A stretch of 32,270 nucleotides of DNA from an uncultured Methanospirillum sp. (lineage in GTDB: Archaea; Halobacteriota; Methanomicrobia; Methanomicrobiales; Methanospirillaceae), in contig CAZWTX010000030.1 of the NCBI GenBank assembly GCA_964637135.1, forward strand, positions 1 through 32,270, given 5' to 3'. Made by a program: the position numbers and the translations under genes. A model generated the notes under the pieces. The model was not told where the DNA came from and made no database searches. It worked only from the letters and a program-made list of their open reading frames with translations. Within the stretch, counting starts at the first letter, position 1; the number at the start of each line of letters is the position of its first letter. Of this stretch, positions 8,593 to 17,441 are shown piece after piece.

Positions 8593-9586
8593 AAAAGATA
8601 ACGGAATTATGTGTCATTCTTTTAAGAAAATCTCCCCAAAAATTACCGCTGGATATGAATTAACGTGTCCTCCATCTTCATCGCGTATACCTCTTCGTGA
8701 TCCTGATTGCGACATTCCGGAACATCGACCTGTAATTCTCCACTCCTGTTACCGATTCCTCTCCTCGTTCTGTATCACCTGTCATCGAAGGGGACTCCCC
8801 TCGAGAGAATATCCTCTCCCCACACCCCCCCACCAAACTCATAACCACTTGCTTTATCCGATAGCCGGTCTTACCCTTTTTTTAATAATCAAATCTCTTC
8901 TCATATCTGCAATAATCCTCGATGGATGACCTGACGGCTTTTTTTCTCGGATGAGTGGGACGGATTCAATTCAGACGAAGCGGCGGAATTTCCACTCCAT
9001 AAGCTTTACAATAGATCCGATAACATCATTTTCATGCTGTCACCCCTCTGGGTATCATTTCGTCAGGAATGAATCAGAGCCGGCAGCAGGTGGTCGCATG
9101 ATCGATCAACTGACAGAACAAAAAGACACATTGCTCGCATTCGAGCACAGGACCGGATTGACTGAACCGGTGAATCCTTCCCTGAACGGGGTGTTCACGG
9201 GGATATCCCCTGGAGGGATGGCATGCACCGAATAACCGGCTCCCCAGCCCATGAAACTGCTTGGCCGCACATCAAGACCGGGGAGTACTCTATCATTAGC
9301 ACTTTTCTCTTTAAATCTACCTTTGATCCCCGTGGTTGGCGATTTAGGCAGCCCCTTTGGATCCCTCCCCCGGATAAGTGCACTCCCCCTGTGGCACACC
9401 GGTGTCACAAGCCGGGTTCTCTGATGATATGGGTTCAATCGATGAAAATTCTCCTGGAAACCGCCATTGGGAACCGGGACCGGGTATCGGCCCCAGATAA
9501 CCGGTATGATACCCGGCGCAGAACACCGGGTCAGAGCAGGGCTATACAATGGCTATACACTGACCTCACCCCCCGGAGGAGCAGAG

Positions 9587-9952
9587 ATGACTCCCCGCCA
9601 TGACGGCCTGACGGTCAGGACTGCCGAGTACCATATCAGGGATGAACTGGCCGGCCAGGGATTTCTGGTCTTCCGGGTGACCGACCCGAAAACCCGGTTC
9701 AACCTGATCGCGTTCGGTCCCGATGAACCAGTCAGGTTCATCCAGGTACTCACCGCCCGGCCCCGGGAAGCCGCCGGAACGTATGGAGAGGCGGTCCGCC
9801 GGCTCAGCATGCTCCAAAGATCCGGGACTATCCCGGGAGACCTCCATCTCTGGACGAGATTCGGGGATGAATGGCGGAATTACGTGATCATGCCGGGCGG
9901 TGCGGTCAGGATTGACAGGGGGGCATATGGCAGCATGCAGCCTTCCGTGTGA
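9587..9952 (+). CDS. Holliday-junction-resolvase (Hjc)-like PD-(D/E)XK-fold protein, catalytic motif degenerate
   Basis: AEYHIRDELAGQGFLVFRV...FNLIAF...VRFIQVL; RBS ggagga before ATG 9587. Confidence 0.6.
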   Translation: MTPRHDGLTVRTAEYHIRDELAGQGFLVFRVTDPKTRFNLIAFGPDEPVRFIQVLTARPREAAGTYGEAVRRLSMLQRSGTIPGDLHLWTRFGDEWRNYVIMPGGAVRIDRGAYGSMQPSV

Positions 9953-10235
9953 TCCACCGCAAGCGGACCGGATCTCCAGTGGGGAACAGATCTGCCTGAC
10001 CCGGATGCAACCGCTTGGACAGCCGGGGGATGTCATCCGGATTGGAACGGCCCGGTTCAGGATAGCCGATGTCATCCGGATGGATCTCTATCAGGTCATG
10101 ATGGAACTCTACCGGCTGGAAGGATTTCAGACGAGAGAAGCGTTCAGTTCCTTCTGGGAGGAACGGTACCCGGAGCACTGCACCGGTACTGAGCGGGTGT
10201 ACGTGCACTTCTTCGCCCGGATTGGAGGTGCCTGA
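9927..10235 (+). CDS. ASCH/PUA-domain protein
   Basis: ISSGEQICLTR (G.K..T.R-like), GQPGD, YRLEGF..REAF..FW, VYVHFF. Confidence 0.7.
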   Translation: MAACSLPCDPPQADRISSGEQICLTRMQPLGQPGDVIRIGTARFRIADVIRMDLYQVMMELYRLEGFQTREAFSSFWEERYPEHCTGTERVYVHFFARIGGA

Positions 10236-10426
10236 TGCCGCCCGATTCAAAGATGCGGTCAAAGATCTGCCCGTTCATCTCGACACCCGATACCCGGGTC
10301 TTCTGCTATGGGTCGCTCTGCCAGGCGGCCGTCACCCTCCCGGTGAACGGGAACGAAGGGGGTGTCATGGGCTGCAGACTGATCGATACTACTGCTCCGG
10401 ACAGGGTGGAGGATGACACCCGATGA
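10235..10426 (+). CDS. Small Cys4 Zn-binding protein
   Basis: ICPFIS...C....C...CRLID; RBS ggaggtg; TGATG overlap with the upstream gene. Confidence 0.7.
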   Translation: MPPDSKMRSKICPFISTPDTRVFCYGSLCQAAVTLPVNGNEGGVMGCRLIDTTAPDRVEDDTR

Positions 10427-13400
10427 GCGGCGGGGAGCCCTCCGTGACGCGATCCGAAGGCTCCATACGGCGGGAGACGTCATCGAAGTCAGGGCAATCG
10501 GCGAAGAAGCGCTAGCCTCCGGTTACTTTGACAACCAGGACCTGCTGACCGGAAAGATCCTCCTCCTCGACGAGGATCCCCGGGTCCAGGGAATCTACCT
10601 CACCCTTAACGAGGTGAACCCGGCCCTCCTCTCACGAAGGGCCAACCGGGTGAAGATGCGGCTTTCAAAGAAAGACGCAACGACCGCAGACGGCGATATC
10701 ATCAGGAGACGCTGGCTCCCGGTGGACATCGACCCGGTCAGGCCGTCCGGGGTCTCCTCTTCGGAATCAGAGCATGAGGCTGCGATCGGGAAGGCATACG
10801 CAATCGCGGCATACCTTGGCGGGATCGGCTGGCCGGATCCCGTCATCGCAGACTCGGGCAACGGGGCCCATCTCCTCTGGCGGATCGATCTCAAGAACGA
10901 CGACGAATCCCGGGATCTCGTGAAGAACTGCCTCGCTGCCCTCGATCTCCGGTTCTCTGATCCCGGTTCCCGGGTCGATACCGGAAACTACAACGCCGGC
11001 CGGATCTGGAAATGTTACGGCACCACCTCGAAGAAAGGGGATCATACCGCCGAACGACCGCACCGGGTGTCCCGGATCCTCACCGCCCCTGAGGTGCAGG
11101 AGTGTGTTCCCCTGGATCAGCTCAGGCAGCTTGCCGCTCTCTACCCGGTCGCTTTGCCGGGGAAGTCCTCCCGACACGATACCGCCCTGGATCTCGCCGG
11201 CTGGCTCACCGGTCACGGCCTCTCGTATACCGAAAAGCCGTACCGGGGAGGAACCCTCTTCCTCCTTGATGTCTGCCCATTCTCTGCCGACCATACCGAT
11301 GGGGCATACGCAATCCAGTTCCCGAACGGAGCGATCTTTGCCGGGTGTCACCACGCGTCCTGTGGGGGAGGGACCCAGCGGTGGAGCGAACTTCGGAGGC
11401 GGTATGAGAAAAGAGACCCGGCTGCCCGGATGGAGCAGCTTCGGGCGGAGAAGGCAAGTGCGAAGCACGAAGCGGCCGGCCGGGACGATATCCCGCCGGG
11501 TGATGACGCCGTTCATGGAGAGGCGGAACGGATTTGTACGACCGGGGATCCGCTCCGGTTTATGCTTGACGCCTTCTCCCATGAGCATGAGGGTGATCTC
11601 GTCGTGGCCGAGTGCCTTATTCTCTCGCTTGCCTCCCGGCTGGTGATCAACAGCAAGGGACTCCATGTCTCGATCACCGGGGAGTCAGGGAAAGGGAAGT
11701 CCCATGCAATTGACACGATGCTTGACCAGGTTCCGGAGGAGGTCAGGCTTGACGGCCGGATGAGTGACAAGGCCCTCTTTTACATCAAGGATATGCAGCC
11801 CGGAACGGTGATCGCTCTTGACGATGTCTCCCTCTCCGACCAGATGCAGGAGATTCTCAAGGGGGTTACCACCTCGTTCCAAAAGCCCTTCCTGTACCGG
11901 ACGGTCACGAAAGACCGGACCGGGCTGACCTGCATAATCCCGGAACGGTGTGTCTGGTGGGTGGCAAAGGTCGAGGGGACCGGGGATGACCAGGTCTTTA
12001 ACCGGATGCTCACCTGCTGGATCGATGACTCGGAGGACCAGGATAGCCGGGTGCTCAGCCGGATGCTGCACGAGGCGGGAAAGGGGCCGGCGGCAGCGGC
12101 AGGAAAAAGCGGTTCGATCCTTGTATCCCGGGAGATCTGGCGATGCCTGAAGGATGTGTTCGTGGTGATCCCGTATGCAGACCGGATCCAGTTCCAGTCG
12201 GCTGAGAACCGGAGGAATCCGGATATGCTCCTTGATCTGGTGAAGGCCCACGCGATGCTGAACCAGCAGCAGCGGGTCAGGAAAGAGGAGAACGGGGTCG
12301 TCTCCCTGCTGGCCGAGATCGCGGACTTCCGGGAAGCGGCCCGGCTGTACTCTGCCCTGAACGGAGATACCGGGAGCCAGATGTCGAAACTCACGAAACG
12401 GGAGTCCTCCCTGATCGCGATGATCCGGTTGCTCGGGCAGGAGGAGGTGACGATCTTTGAGCTCCAGCGGAAGACCGGGTGGGCGAACAGCACGATCCAC
12501 AAGCTCCTGAACGGGTATATCACCCGTGGCCAGACGTACTCCGGGCTGCTTGAAAAATGTCCGGCCATCTCGTTTCTTGACAAGACGGTGACAACCGGGG
12601 AGGACGGGATGATGTCCCAGCGACGGATGAAGGTCTATCTCTGGGATGATGACCTCTATACCCGCTGGGCACAGGGGAGTTCTGTCTGGCTCTCCGGGGA
12701 GGAGGTCGGGGATGACGAGGATCCGTCCGGCGATGATCCTGGTGACAGAGGGGATCCCTCCGGAGCGGGAGAGCGGGGGAGCGGCGGGCAAATCGCCGTC
12801 CGGGCGGAAGGTGCCGCCCACAATCCCGGTGCGGATCTTTCTGTTACCAAAAAAGAACACATTATACAAAGAGATCATCCTGTTCAAGCGGAAGAATCCG
12901 GACACACGGGGCCCCATGATGATGTACAGAACGGTACAGACGATCCTGCCAGTGATCCTGCCGGTGCCGCCCGGGGATCTGATCTCACGCCCCCCCGGCC
13001 GCCGTCTCCGGTTCCGGCAATCAACCGGTCTCCGGTTCGTCCCGCATTCAGCCGCATCGGACCGCATTTGCCGCTCCCGGCGATCGATCCCCGCTTGTTT
13101 ACCCGGGTTCCTGGCTGGCCGGAGAAGAAGCCCTGTGCTGTCTGCAAAAGGACGAGAACGGTATACGCAGAGAAGAAGGGGAGGAAGGGGAAGTATCCCG
13201 CCGGACACGATCCCCGGTATCTCTGTGAATCCTGTTATACCCGGGCGGTCAGCAGGTACACGGCGAGCTGTATTGCTCTTCCAGGGACGATCGATCCTTT
13301 CCGGATGGTACGACAGACCGCGTCCATCGGGTCCTGTCATCTCTGCGGGATGGGTCCGGTTGCCTGGTACGATCCGGTGACGAGGACCGGGCTGTGCGAG

Positions 13401-13448
13401 ACGTGTTTTTCCCGGGAACGGCGACGACCGGGGGAGGGGTCCGGATGA
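10413..13448 (+). CDS. AEP-family primase fused to Zn-finger, P-loop AAA+ (MCM-like) helicase, wHTH and C-terminal double Zn-finger
   Basis: WLPVDIDP (motif I), DSGNGAHL (motif II), VDTGNYNAGRI (motif III), CPF..H...CHHASC, GESGKGKS Walker A, VIALDD Walker B, CAVC/CESC and CHLC/CETC. Confidence 0.85.
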   Translation: MTPDERRGALRDAIRRLHTAGDVIEVRAIGEEALASGYFDNQDLLTGKILLLDEDPRVQGIYLTLNEVNPALLSRRANRVKMRLSKKDATTADGDIIRRRWLPVDIDPVRPSGVSSSESEHEAAIGKAYAIAAYLGGIGWPDPVIADSGNGAHLLWRIDLKNDDESRDLVKNCLAALDLRFSDPGSRVDTGNYNAGRIWKCYGTTSKKGDHTAERPHRVSRILTAPEVQECVPLDQLRQLAALYPVALPGKSSRHDTALDLAGWLTGHGLSYTEKPYRGGTLFLLDVCPFSADHTDGAYAIQFPNGAIFAGCHHASCGGGTQRWSELRRRYEKRDPAARMEQLRAEKASAKHEAAGRDDIPPGDDAVHGEAERICTTGDPLRFMLDAFSHEHEGDLVVAECLILSLASRLVINSKGLHVSITGESGKGKSHAIDTMLDQVPEEVRLDGRMSDKALFYIKDMQPGTVIALDDVSLSDQMQEILKGVTTSFQKPFLYRTVTKDRTGLTCIIPERCVWWVAKVEGTGDDQVFNRMLTCWIDDSEDQDSRVLSRMLHEAGKGPAAAAGKSGSILVSREIWRCLKDVFVVIPYADRIQFQSAENRRNPDMLLDLVKAHAMLNQQQRVRKEENGVVSLLAEIADFREAARLYSALNGDTGSQMSKLTKRESSLIAMIRLLGQEEVTIFELQRKTGWANSTIHKLLNGYITRGQTYSGLLEKCPAISFLDKTVTTGEDGMMSQRRMKVYLWDDDLYTRWAQGSSVWLSGEEVGDDEDPSGDDPGDRGDPSGAGERGSGGQIAVRAEGAAHNPGADLSVTKKEHIIQRDHPVQAEESGHTGPHDDVQNGTDDPASDPAGAARGSDLTPPRPPSPVPAINRSPVRPAFSRIGPHLPLPAIDPRLFTRVPGWPEKKPCAVCKRTRTVYAEKKGRKGKYPAGHDPRYLCESCYTRAVSRYTASCIALPGTIDPFRMVRQTASIGSCHLCGMGPVAWYDPVTRTGLCETCFSRERRRPGEGSG

Positions 13449-13654
13449 AGCGGCCGATCACCCAGGAGTGTGCCGACCGCCAGTGTCCCCATCTTGTCTG
13501 GGAGCGGTACCGGGAGAAACGGCATGAACATGACCGGGTGACAAGAAGGATCTGTCTGCTTGCGGGGAAACAGCCGTCCTATCTGAAGGTCTGCCCGCTG
13601 CTTGCGGGGGATATTTCCGGGAGGAGGCACCATGGGTCGATTCGTCGTCCGTGA
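13445..13654 (+). CDS. Small Cys-rich hypothetical protein
   Basis: ATGA overlap with the primase stop; C....CPHL...C....K.P.....CPL. Confidence 0.65.
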   Translation: MKRPITQECADRQCPHLVWERYREKRHEHDRVTRRICLLAGKQPSYLKVCPLLAGDISGRRHHGSIRRP

Positions 13655-13967
13655 GGTGCCGGCAAAGCGGTTTGAGCATTGCGGGCGGTTCCTTGTCGAA
13701 AAGGAGGCACTGGTAGTCTTCATTGACGGGACCGGCCGGTTCCTTCTCTGGGTGGATGAGGTCAGATACGGGCTGATTGGGTTGTCGAATATCCCCATAT
13801 TTGCCGGGGACGGGTCCGGCCAGGCCGGGGAGGCGGCGGTATCCGCATCCGGGAAGGGATTTTACTTCAGTATCCGGGATCAGACCTATGTCATCCCGGT
13901 CAGGATTCTCCGGCGGGTGCTGGCGGGGAATCAGGTGAAGGGGCCGGTGTTTGTGAGGAGGGGGTGA
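13632..13967 (+). CDS. Hypothetical beta-rich protein, possibly nucleic-acid binding
   Basis: RBS gaggagg; GEAAVSASGKGFYFSI...YVIPV; last gene of the GC-rich operon. Confidence 0.65.
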   Translation: MGRFVVREVPAKRFEHCGRFLVEKEALVVFIDGTGRFLLWVDEVRYGLIGLSNIPIFAGDGSGQAGEAAVSASGKGFYFSIRDQTYVIPVRILRRVLAGNQVKGPVFVRRG

Positions 13968-14046
13968 CTTAAAAGTAATAATATCGAGAAATTACCTGGA
14001 TTCAAATAAATATTGACGGTGAAAAGTGCTTAAAAAGTCATTTTTA

Positions 14047-14143
14047 GGCTTTGTTGACATCCTCAGAGTGAATAGATTGAGGATGGTTTTTTTTCGGAAA
14101 ACTACACCTGATATAATATTTGGCAGAGGATGTCAACAGAGCC
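14047..14143. mobile_element. 97-bp MITE with IS5-family (IS903-like) terminal inverted repeats
   Basis: Left ggctttgttgacatcctc and right gaggatgtcaacagagcc (17/18 match); GGCTTTGTTG is the IS903-type end; flanks attttta / cttttta. Confidence 0.8.
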
Positions 14144-14168
14144 CTTTTTATAATGTTTGAACATAAAA

Positions 14169-14267
14169 GAGACCGTGTAAGGAAAGTGTAGTAAATTAAA
14201 CGGCCCTGTACTCCTTTTGTCAAGGACCGTGCTGTTTGAAATAACTACAATGTCTGTACACGATCCC
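14169..14267. mobile_element. 99-bp MITE-like element with imperfect 26-bp TIRs (IS256-family-like)
   Basis: Left gagaccgtgtaaggaaagtgtagtaa versus reverse complement of right end gggatcgtgtacagacattgtagtta (19/26); no target duplication. Confidence 0.6.
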
Positions 14268-14268
14268 G

Positions 14269-14449
14269 GTAAACAAAGGAAACCTTGAACTGTACAGCGA
14301 TAGAGGGTATGTACGGATAACCTGCGATCGTGAAGAGTATCTGGATGTTGATACGATGTTTATCGGAACTTTTTTTGAATATCAGTCTGCAATGTGATGA
14401 AAATATCTATCCCTTTTTAGATGAAACAATAACTGGGAACTTGTTCTGA
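14269..14449 (+). pseudogene. C-terminal remnant of a HATPase_c/anti-sigma-kinase-like ATPase
   Basis: VNKGNLELYSDRGYVRITCDREEYLDVDTMFIGTF, then a +1 frameshift in a T run, then LNISLQCDENIYPFLDETITGNLF*; starts at the MITE end and stops 11 nt before the STAS gene. Confidence 0.65.
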
Positions 14450-14460
14450 GAGGTACTTCA

Positions 14461-14808
14461 ATGAGTCTTATGATCGTGTCCTTAGTTGGTGAACATTGTA
14501 TTACCATTGAGGATGGCCAGCAGATCTATGAGGTGATCCACTCTGATCTTCTGAATGGAAAAGAGGTAACTCTGGACTTTGCGAAGGTTCAGGTTTTTGC
14601 GTCTCCCTTTTTTAATACTGCAATAGGTCAACTCCTCCGGGATATCTCCCCGGAAACCCTCAATAACAATCTGCATCTGATAAATCTCACCGCGTATGGG
14701 AACCAGATCGTAAGGCGTGTTATTTTAAACGCTCAGAAATACTATAAAGAACCGAATGTCAGAAAAGCAGTTGATGACGCTCTGCTTGGTGCTGTGGGAA
14801 CAGCGTGA
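14461..14808 (+). CDS. STAS-like domain protein (DUF4325)
   Basis: EDGQQIY...VTLDFAKVQVFASPFFNTAIGQL; RBS gaggt. Confidence 0.85.
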   Translation: MSLMIVSLVGEHCITIEDGQQIYEVIHSDLLNGKEVTLDFAKVQVFASPFFNTAIGQLLRDISPETLNNNLHLINLTAYGNQIVRRVILNAQKYYKEPNVRKAVDDALLGAVGTA

Positions 14809-15434
14809 GCGGAATACAGTATACCGTTCGGGCAAAAGTTGTTGACATCCGAAGGCTGATGCCCAATACAAGTGGTTCTTTTCTTGTAGATACAAACGTC
14901 TGGTATTGGATTACGTACCCCCGTGCCAGTGAAGGCGATAAACCCCCACATCCGAATCAAACACGGTATTATCCGAATTTTATCAAAAAGATCCTTGATT
15001 CAAAAGGGAAGTTGTACCGTTCTGATTTGTCCCTCTCGGAATTGACCAGCCTCATTGAACGGACGGAATTGGATATTTATAATAATGAAACCGGGTTGGA
15101 TTTCGAATTAAAACAATTCAGGCATGAACACCCGAAAGAGCGGTTAGAAGTTGTCGATCAGACTCTGATTTCCTGGTATCAGATACTCTCGATGTCTGAA
15201 TCCATTCCTTTTTTGTTGGATTCCACATTCACTGAAGCTGCTCTGAAACGGCTTGAGACGCAACCGCTTGATGGATATGATCTTTTTATCATTGAGTCTT
15301 TGATACGATCAGGTCAGCCTCTGAATATCATTACCGATGACGGGGATTATTGCACCATTGAGGAGATTACTTTGTATACCGCTAATAAATCTGTTATCGA
15401 ATGTGCAAAAGAGCAGGAAAAACTGATTCATTAG
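14805..15434 (+). CDS. PIN-domain ribonuclease
   Basis: FLVDTNVW, LSEL, LDGYD, IITDDGDY; GTGA overlap with the STAS gene. Confidence 0.85.
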   Translation: MSGIQYTVRAKVVDIRRLMPNTSGSFLVDTNVWYWITYPRASEGDKPPHPNQTRYYPNFIKKILDSKGKLYRSDLSLSELTSLIERTELDIYNNETGLDFELKQFRHEHPKERLEVVDQTLISWYQILSMSESIPFLLDSTFTEAALKRLETQPLDGYDLFIIESLIRSGQPLNIITDDGDYCTIEEITLYTANKSVIECAKEQEKLIH

Positions 15435-15531
15435 CTCTATTGAATCGGTAGTGTCAGAACACCACTGCAAAAGTGACCTACTTCACCCCTATTTCTGAAA
15501 CGGAAGATATTTCCAATTACAAAGAAACCCA

Positions 15532-15798
15532 GTAACTGTTCAGGGTCAACCGCAAGATCCTAGTAATATGACGTCATAATTACAATTAGTGACTGGAAAT
15601 CAGCAGAATCACAATACATCAGAATTAGATCCTGCATCATATATTCAATCTCTTCTATCCATCATCAAAAATTAAAATAGAATCATCTCCGAGTTGCGAG
15701 AAGAAAACGCCCAACTGAAAGCCCGTATCGCAGAGCTCGAAGCTCAATTGAATCAACACAGCCGCAGCAGCAGCCGGACTGACCTGCCAGATAGGTAA
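15532..15798 (+). mobile_element. IS66-family (ISBst12-group-like) left-end remnant
   Basis: gtaactgttcag terminal motif at 15532; 15682-15798 encodes IISELREENAQLKARIAELEAQLNQHSRSSS, a typical transposase N-terminal coiled coil. Confidence 0.65.
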
Positions 15799-16009
15799 TC
15801 ACCGAAGAAGAGCACTCAATCCCTGGAAGGTGATTTTCCAGAAAAGTCCTGAATGATCTAGATTCTCTGAATCGATATGATGAGTGAACTGATTCGCCGA
15901 TTAATATTCAATTAGTAAAAGATAGTATCAGATTACTTCTGAATTCAGAGGGTATTTGAGCAGAATGTCGTATCATAAAGAATATTCAAGTCGGCTCCAA
16001 TAATTCTGA

Positions 16010-16579
16010 ATGGATTCCCCGGACCTGGCAAAGATCCGATCTCCTGATGAGGAGATCATCGGGTCACCGGATACCACCCTTATGGACTTTTGGAAATGGG
16101 CCTATTCTGATGTGATGAGTAATAGAAACCGCTCGATTTTTGCAGAATTCATTATCGCGAATGCATTGGGAGTAACCCGGGAGCCACGGATTGAATGGGA
16201 TGCGGTAGATCTCAAATATCGTAACATCGCTATCGAGGTGAAATCTGCCGCATATCTCCAGTCATGGAAACAAAAAACCCTCTCAATAATACGATTTGGT
16301 ATAGAAAAGAAGCTGAGTTGGGAATCTTCGACAAATACCTCTTCCCCTGACCCGATTCACTCTGCTGATTGCTATGTCTTTTGTCTGTTTCATCAGAAAG
16401 ATCCAGTCGATGCCAATGTTCTCGATCTGAATCAATGGAGTTTCTACATCGCCCGAACTGATGAAATGGAAAAAAGATACGGAGATCTCAAAAGTTTAAG
16501 TCTTTCACGTCTTGAACACCATTATCAGCCAATTCCATATTCCGATATCCGAAAGACAATTGATGGGTTATTTTTATGA
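16010..16579 (+). CDS. PD-(D/E)XK restriction-endonuclease-like protein
   Basis: DFWKWAYSD...NRSIFAEFII...WDAVDL...IEVKSAAYLQSW...ADCYVFCL. Confidence 0.75.
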   Translation: MDSPDLAKIRSPDEEIIGSPDTTLMDFWKWAYSDVMSNRNRSIFAEFIIANALGVTREPRIEWDAVDLKYRNIAIEVKSAAYLQSWKQKTLSIIRFGIEKKLSWESSTNTSSPDPIHSADCYVFCLFHQKDPVDANVLDLNQWSFYIARTDEMEKRYGDLKSLSLSRLEHHYQPIPYSDIRKTIDGLFL

Positions 16580-16962
16580 TTCTTCCTCAGGGTCTGGTAT
16601 ATTACTGATGTCTGATAGAAATGAGAGGAACTCATCGATCATTTGACCTCCTTTCCGTTCGGAATCTGAATCATTCTCTATATTTGGCCGTATAGCCATC
16701 TTCTCTCCGGTGTCCTTCATCTATTGGCTTCAATGGATACCTTCTGCAACCCATACCAGACTCCTCCACCCCGGTTTGTCATCCTCTGAAGCAAACGGGA
16801 ACAACCTGGCAGTATTCGGATCGAAGAGCCGGTCTGAAGAAGAGAAACACCGGGTAACAAACAGGAATCAGGGATTCCGGGTGGAACCAGCAGACCCGGA
16901 GAATACGTTCGAAAACGGTGAGGTGGGCTCTCACAGGGAAATCTTCAGGATGTTTGGTAGGG

Positions 16963-17187
16963 CTATCCTGATGGTGATGAATTTTCGTCATCACGTTTCT
17001 TCTGACGTTCCTGGATTCTGGCAACCACTTCTTCCCGATCATCAGGAAGCCACTGGTGCCGCTCTTTCGTGTAATCTCCGGATCCTGTTTCGAAACTGGA
17101 GATAAATCGTGCCATATCTACTGGACCGAGTGCCCGGGAAAGCGCCTCTAAGCCTTCCTTTCGTATCTCACGTATTGTCTTCATCAT
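16963..17187 (-). CDS. Small PIN-associated putative antitoxin
   Basis: EIRKEGLEALSRALGPVDMARFI....GSGDYTKERHQW; RBS ggaggtga; overlaps the PIN 3' end. Confidence 0.75.
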   Translation of the reverse strand: MMKTIREIRKEGLEALSRALGPVDMARFISSFETGSGDYTKERHQWLPDDREEVVARIQERQKKRDDENSSPSG

Positions 17188-17345
17188 TCACCTCCATTAA
17201 CCAGGTTACCGGATTACATGCATACAATCGCGAATTGGATCTCTTTCGGATTGTGGATATGAAATGATCATCGGTTGTGAGGAATATAGCGTTTCCCACA
17301 GTTGCACAAGCACAATGGAGGGCATCAATTGGTAGTGCCAGGATA
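17168..17345 (-). pseudogene. 5'-truncated PIN toxin
   Basis: DALHCACA...FLTTDD...NPVTW C-terminal half only; no N-terminal D-T/N motif. Confidence 0.7.
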
Positions 17346-17441
17346 GTACTGTAAAAGTGACTGATCCAATACTCTACACAACCACCGTTACCAGACACCT
17401 GTAATATGGTACCGTGCTATCGCTCCGTGAAACCGGGTTAT

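Larger units (their letters stand above)
9587..13967 (+). mobile_element. Replication module of an integrated plasmid/provirus-like element (boundaries approximate)
   Basis: Six overlapping, coupled genes; visibly higher GC than flanks with an abrupt drop at 13968; primase-helicase core. Confidence 0.7.

Noticed and set aside
8450..9603. ORFs 8450..8929, 8951..9235, 9223..9603
   Set aside because: Atypical composition, no motifs; probably a regulatory region, although the last two might be decayed leading genes of the operon
10595..13380. Long antisense and alternate-frame ORFs (e.g. 551 aa at 11685..13340)
   Set aside because: Shadows of the GC-rich primase-helicase gene
16710..17105. ORFs 16710..17105 and 16779..17042
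   Set aside because: Overlap the better supported antitoxin-like gene; no motifs
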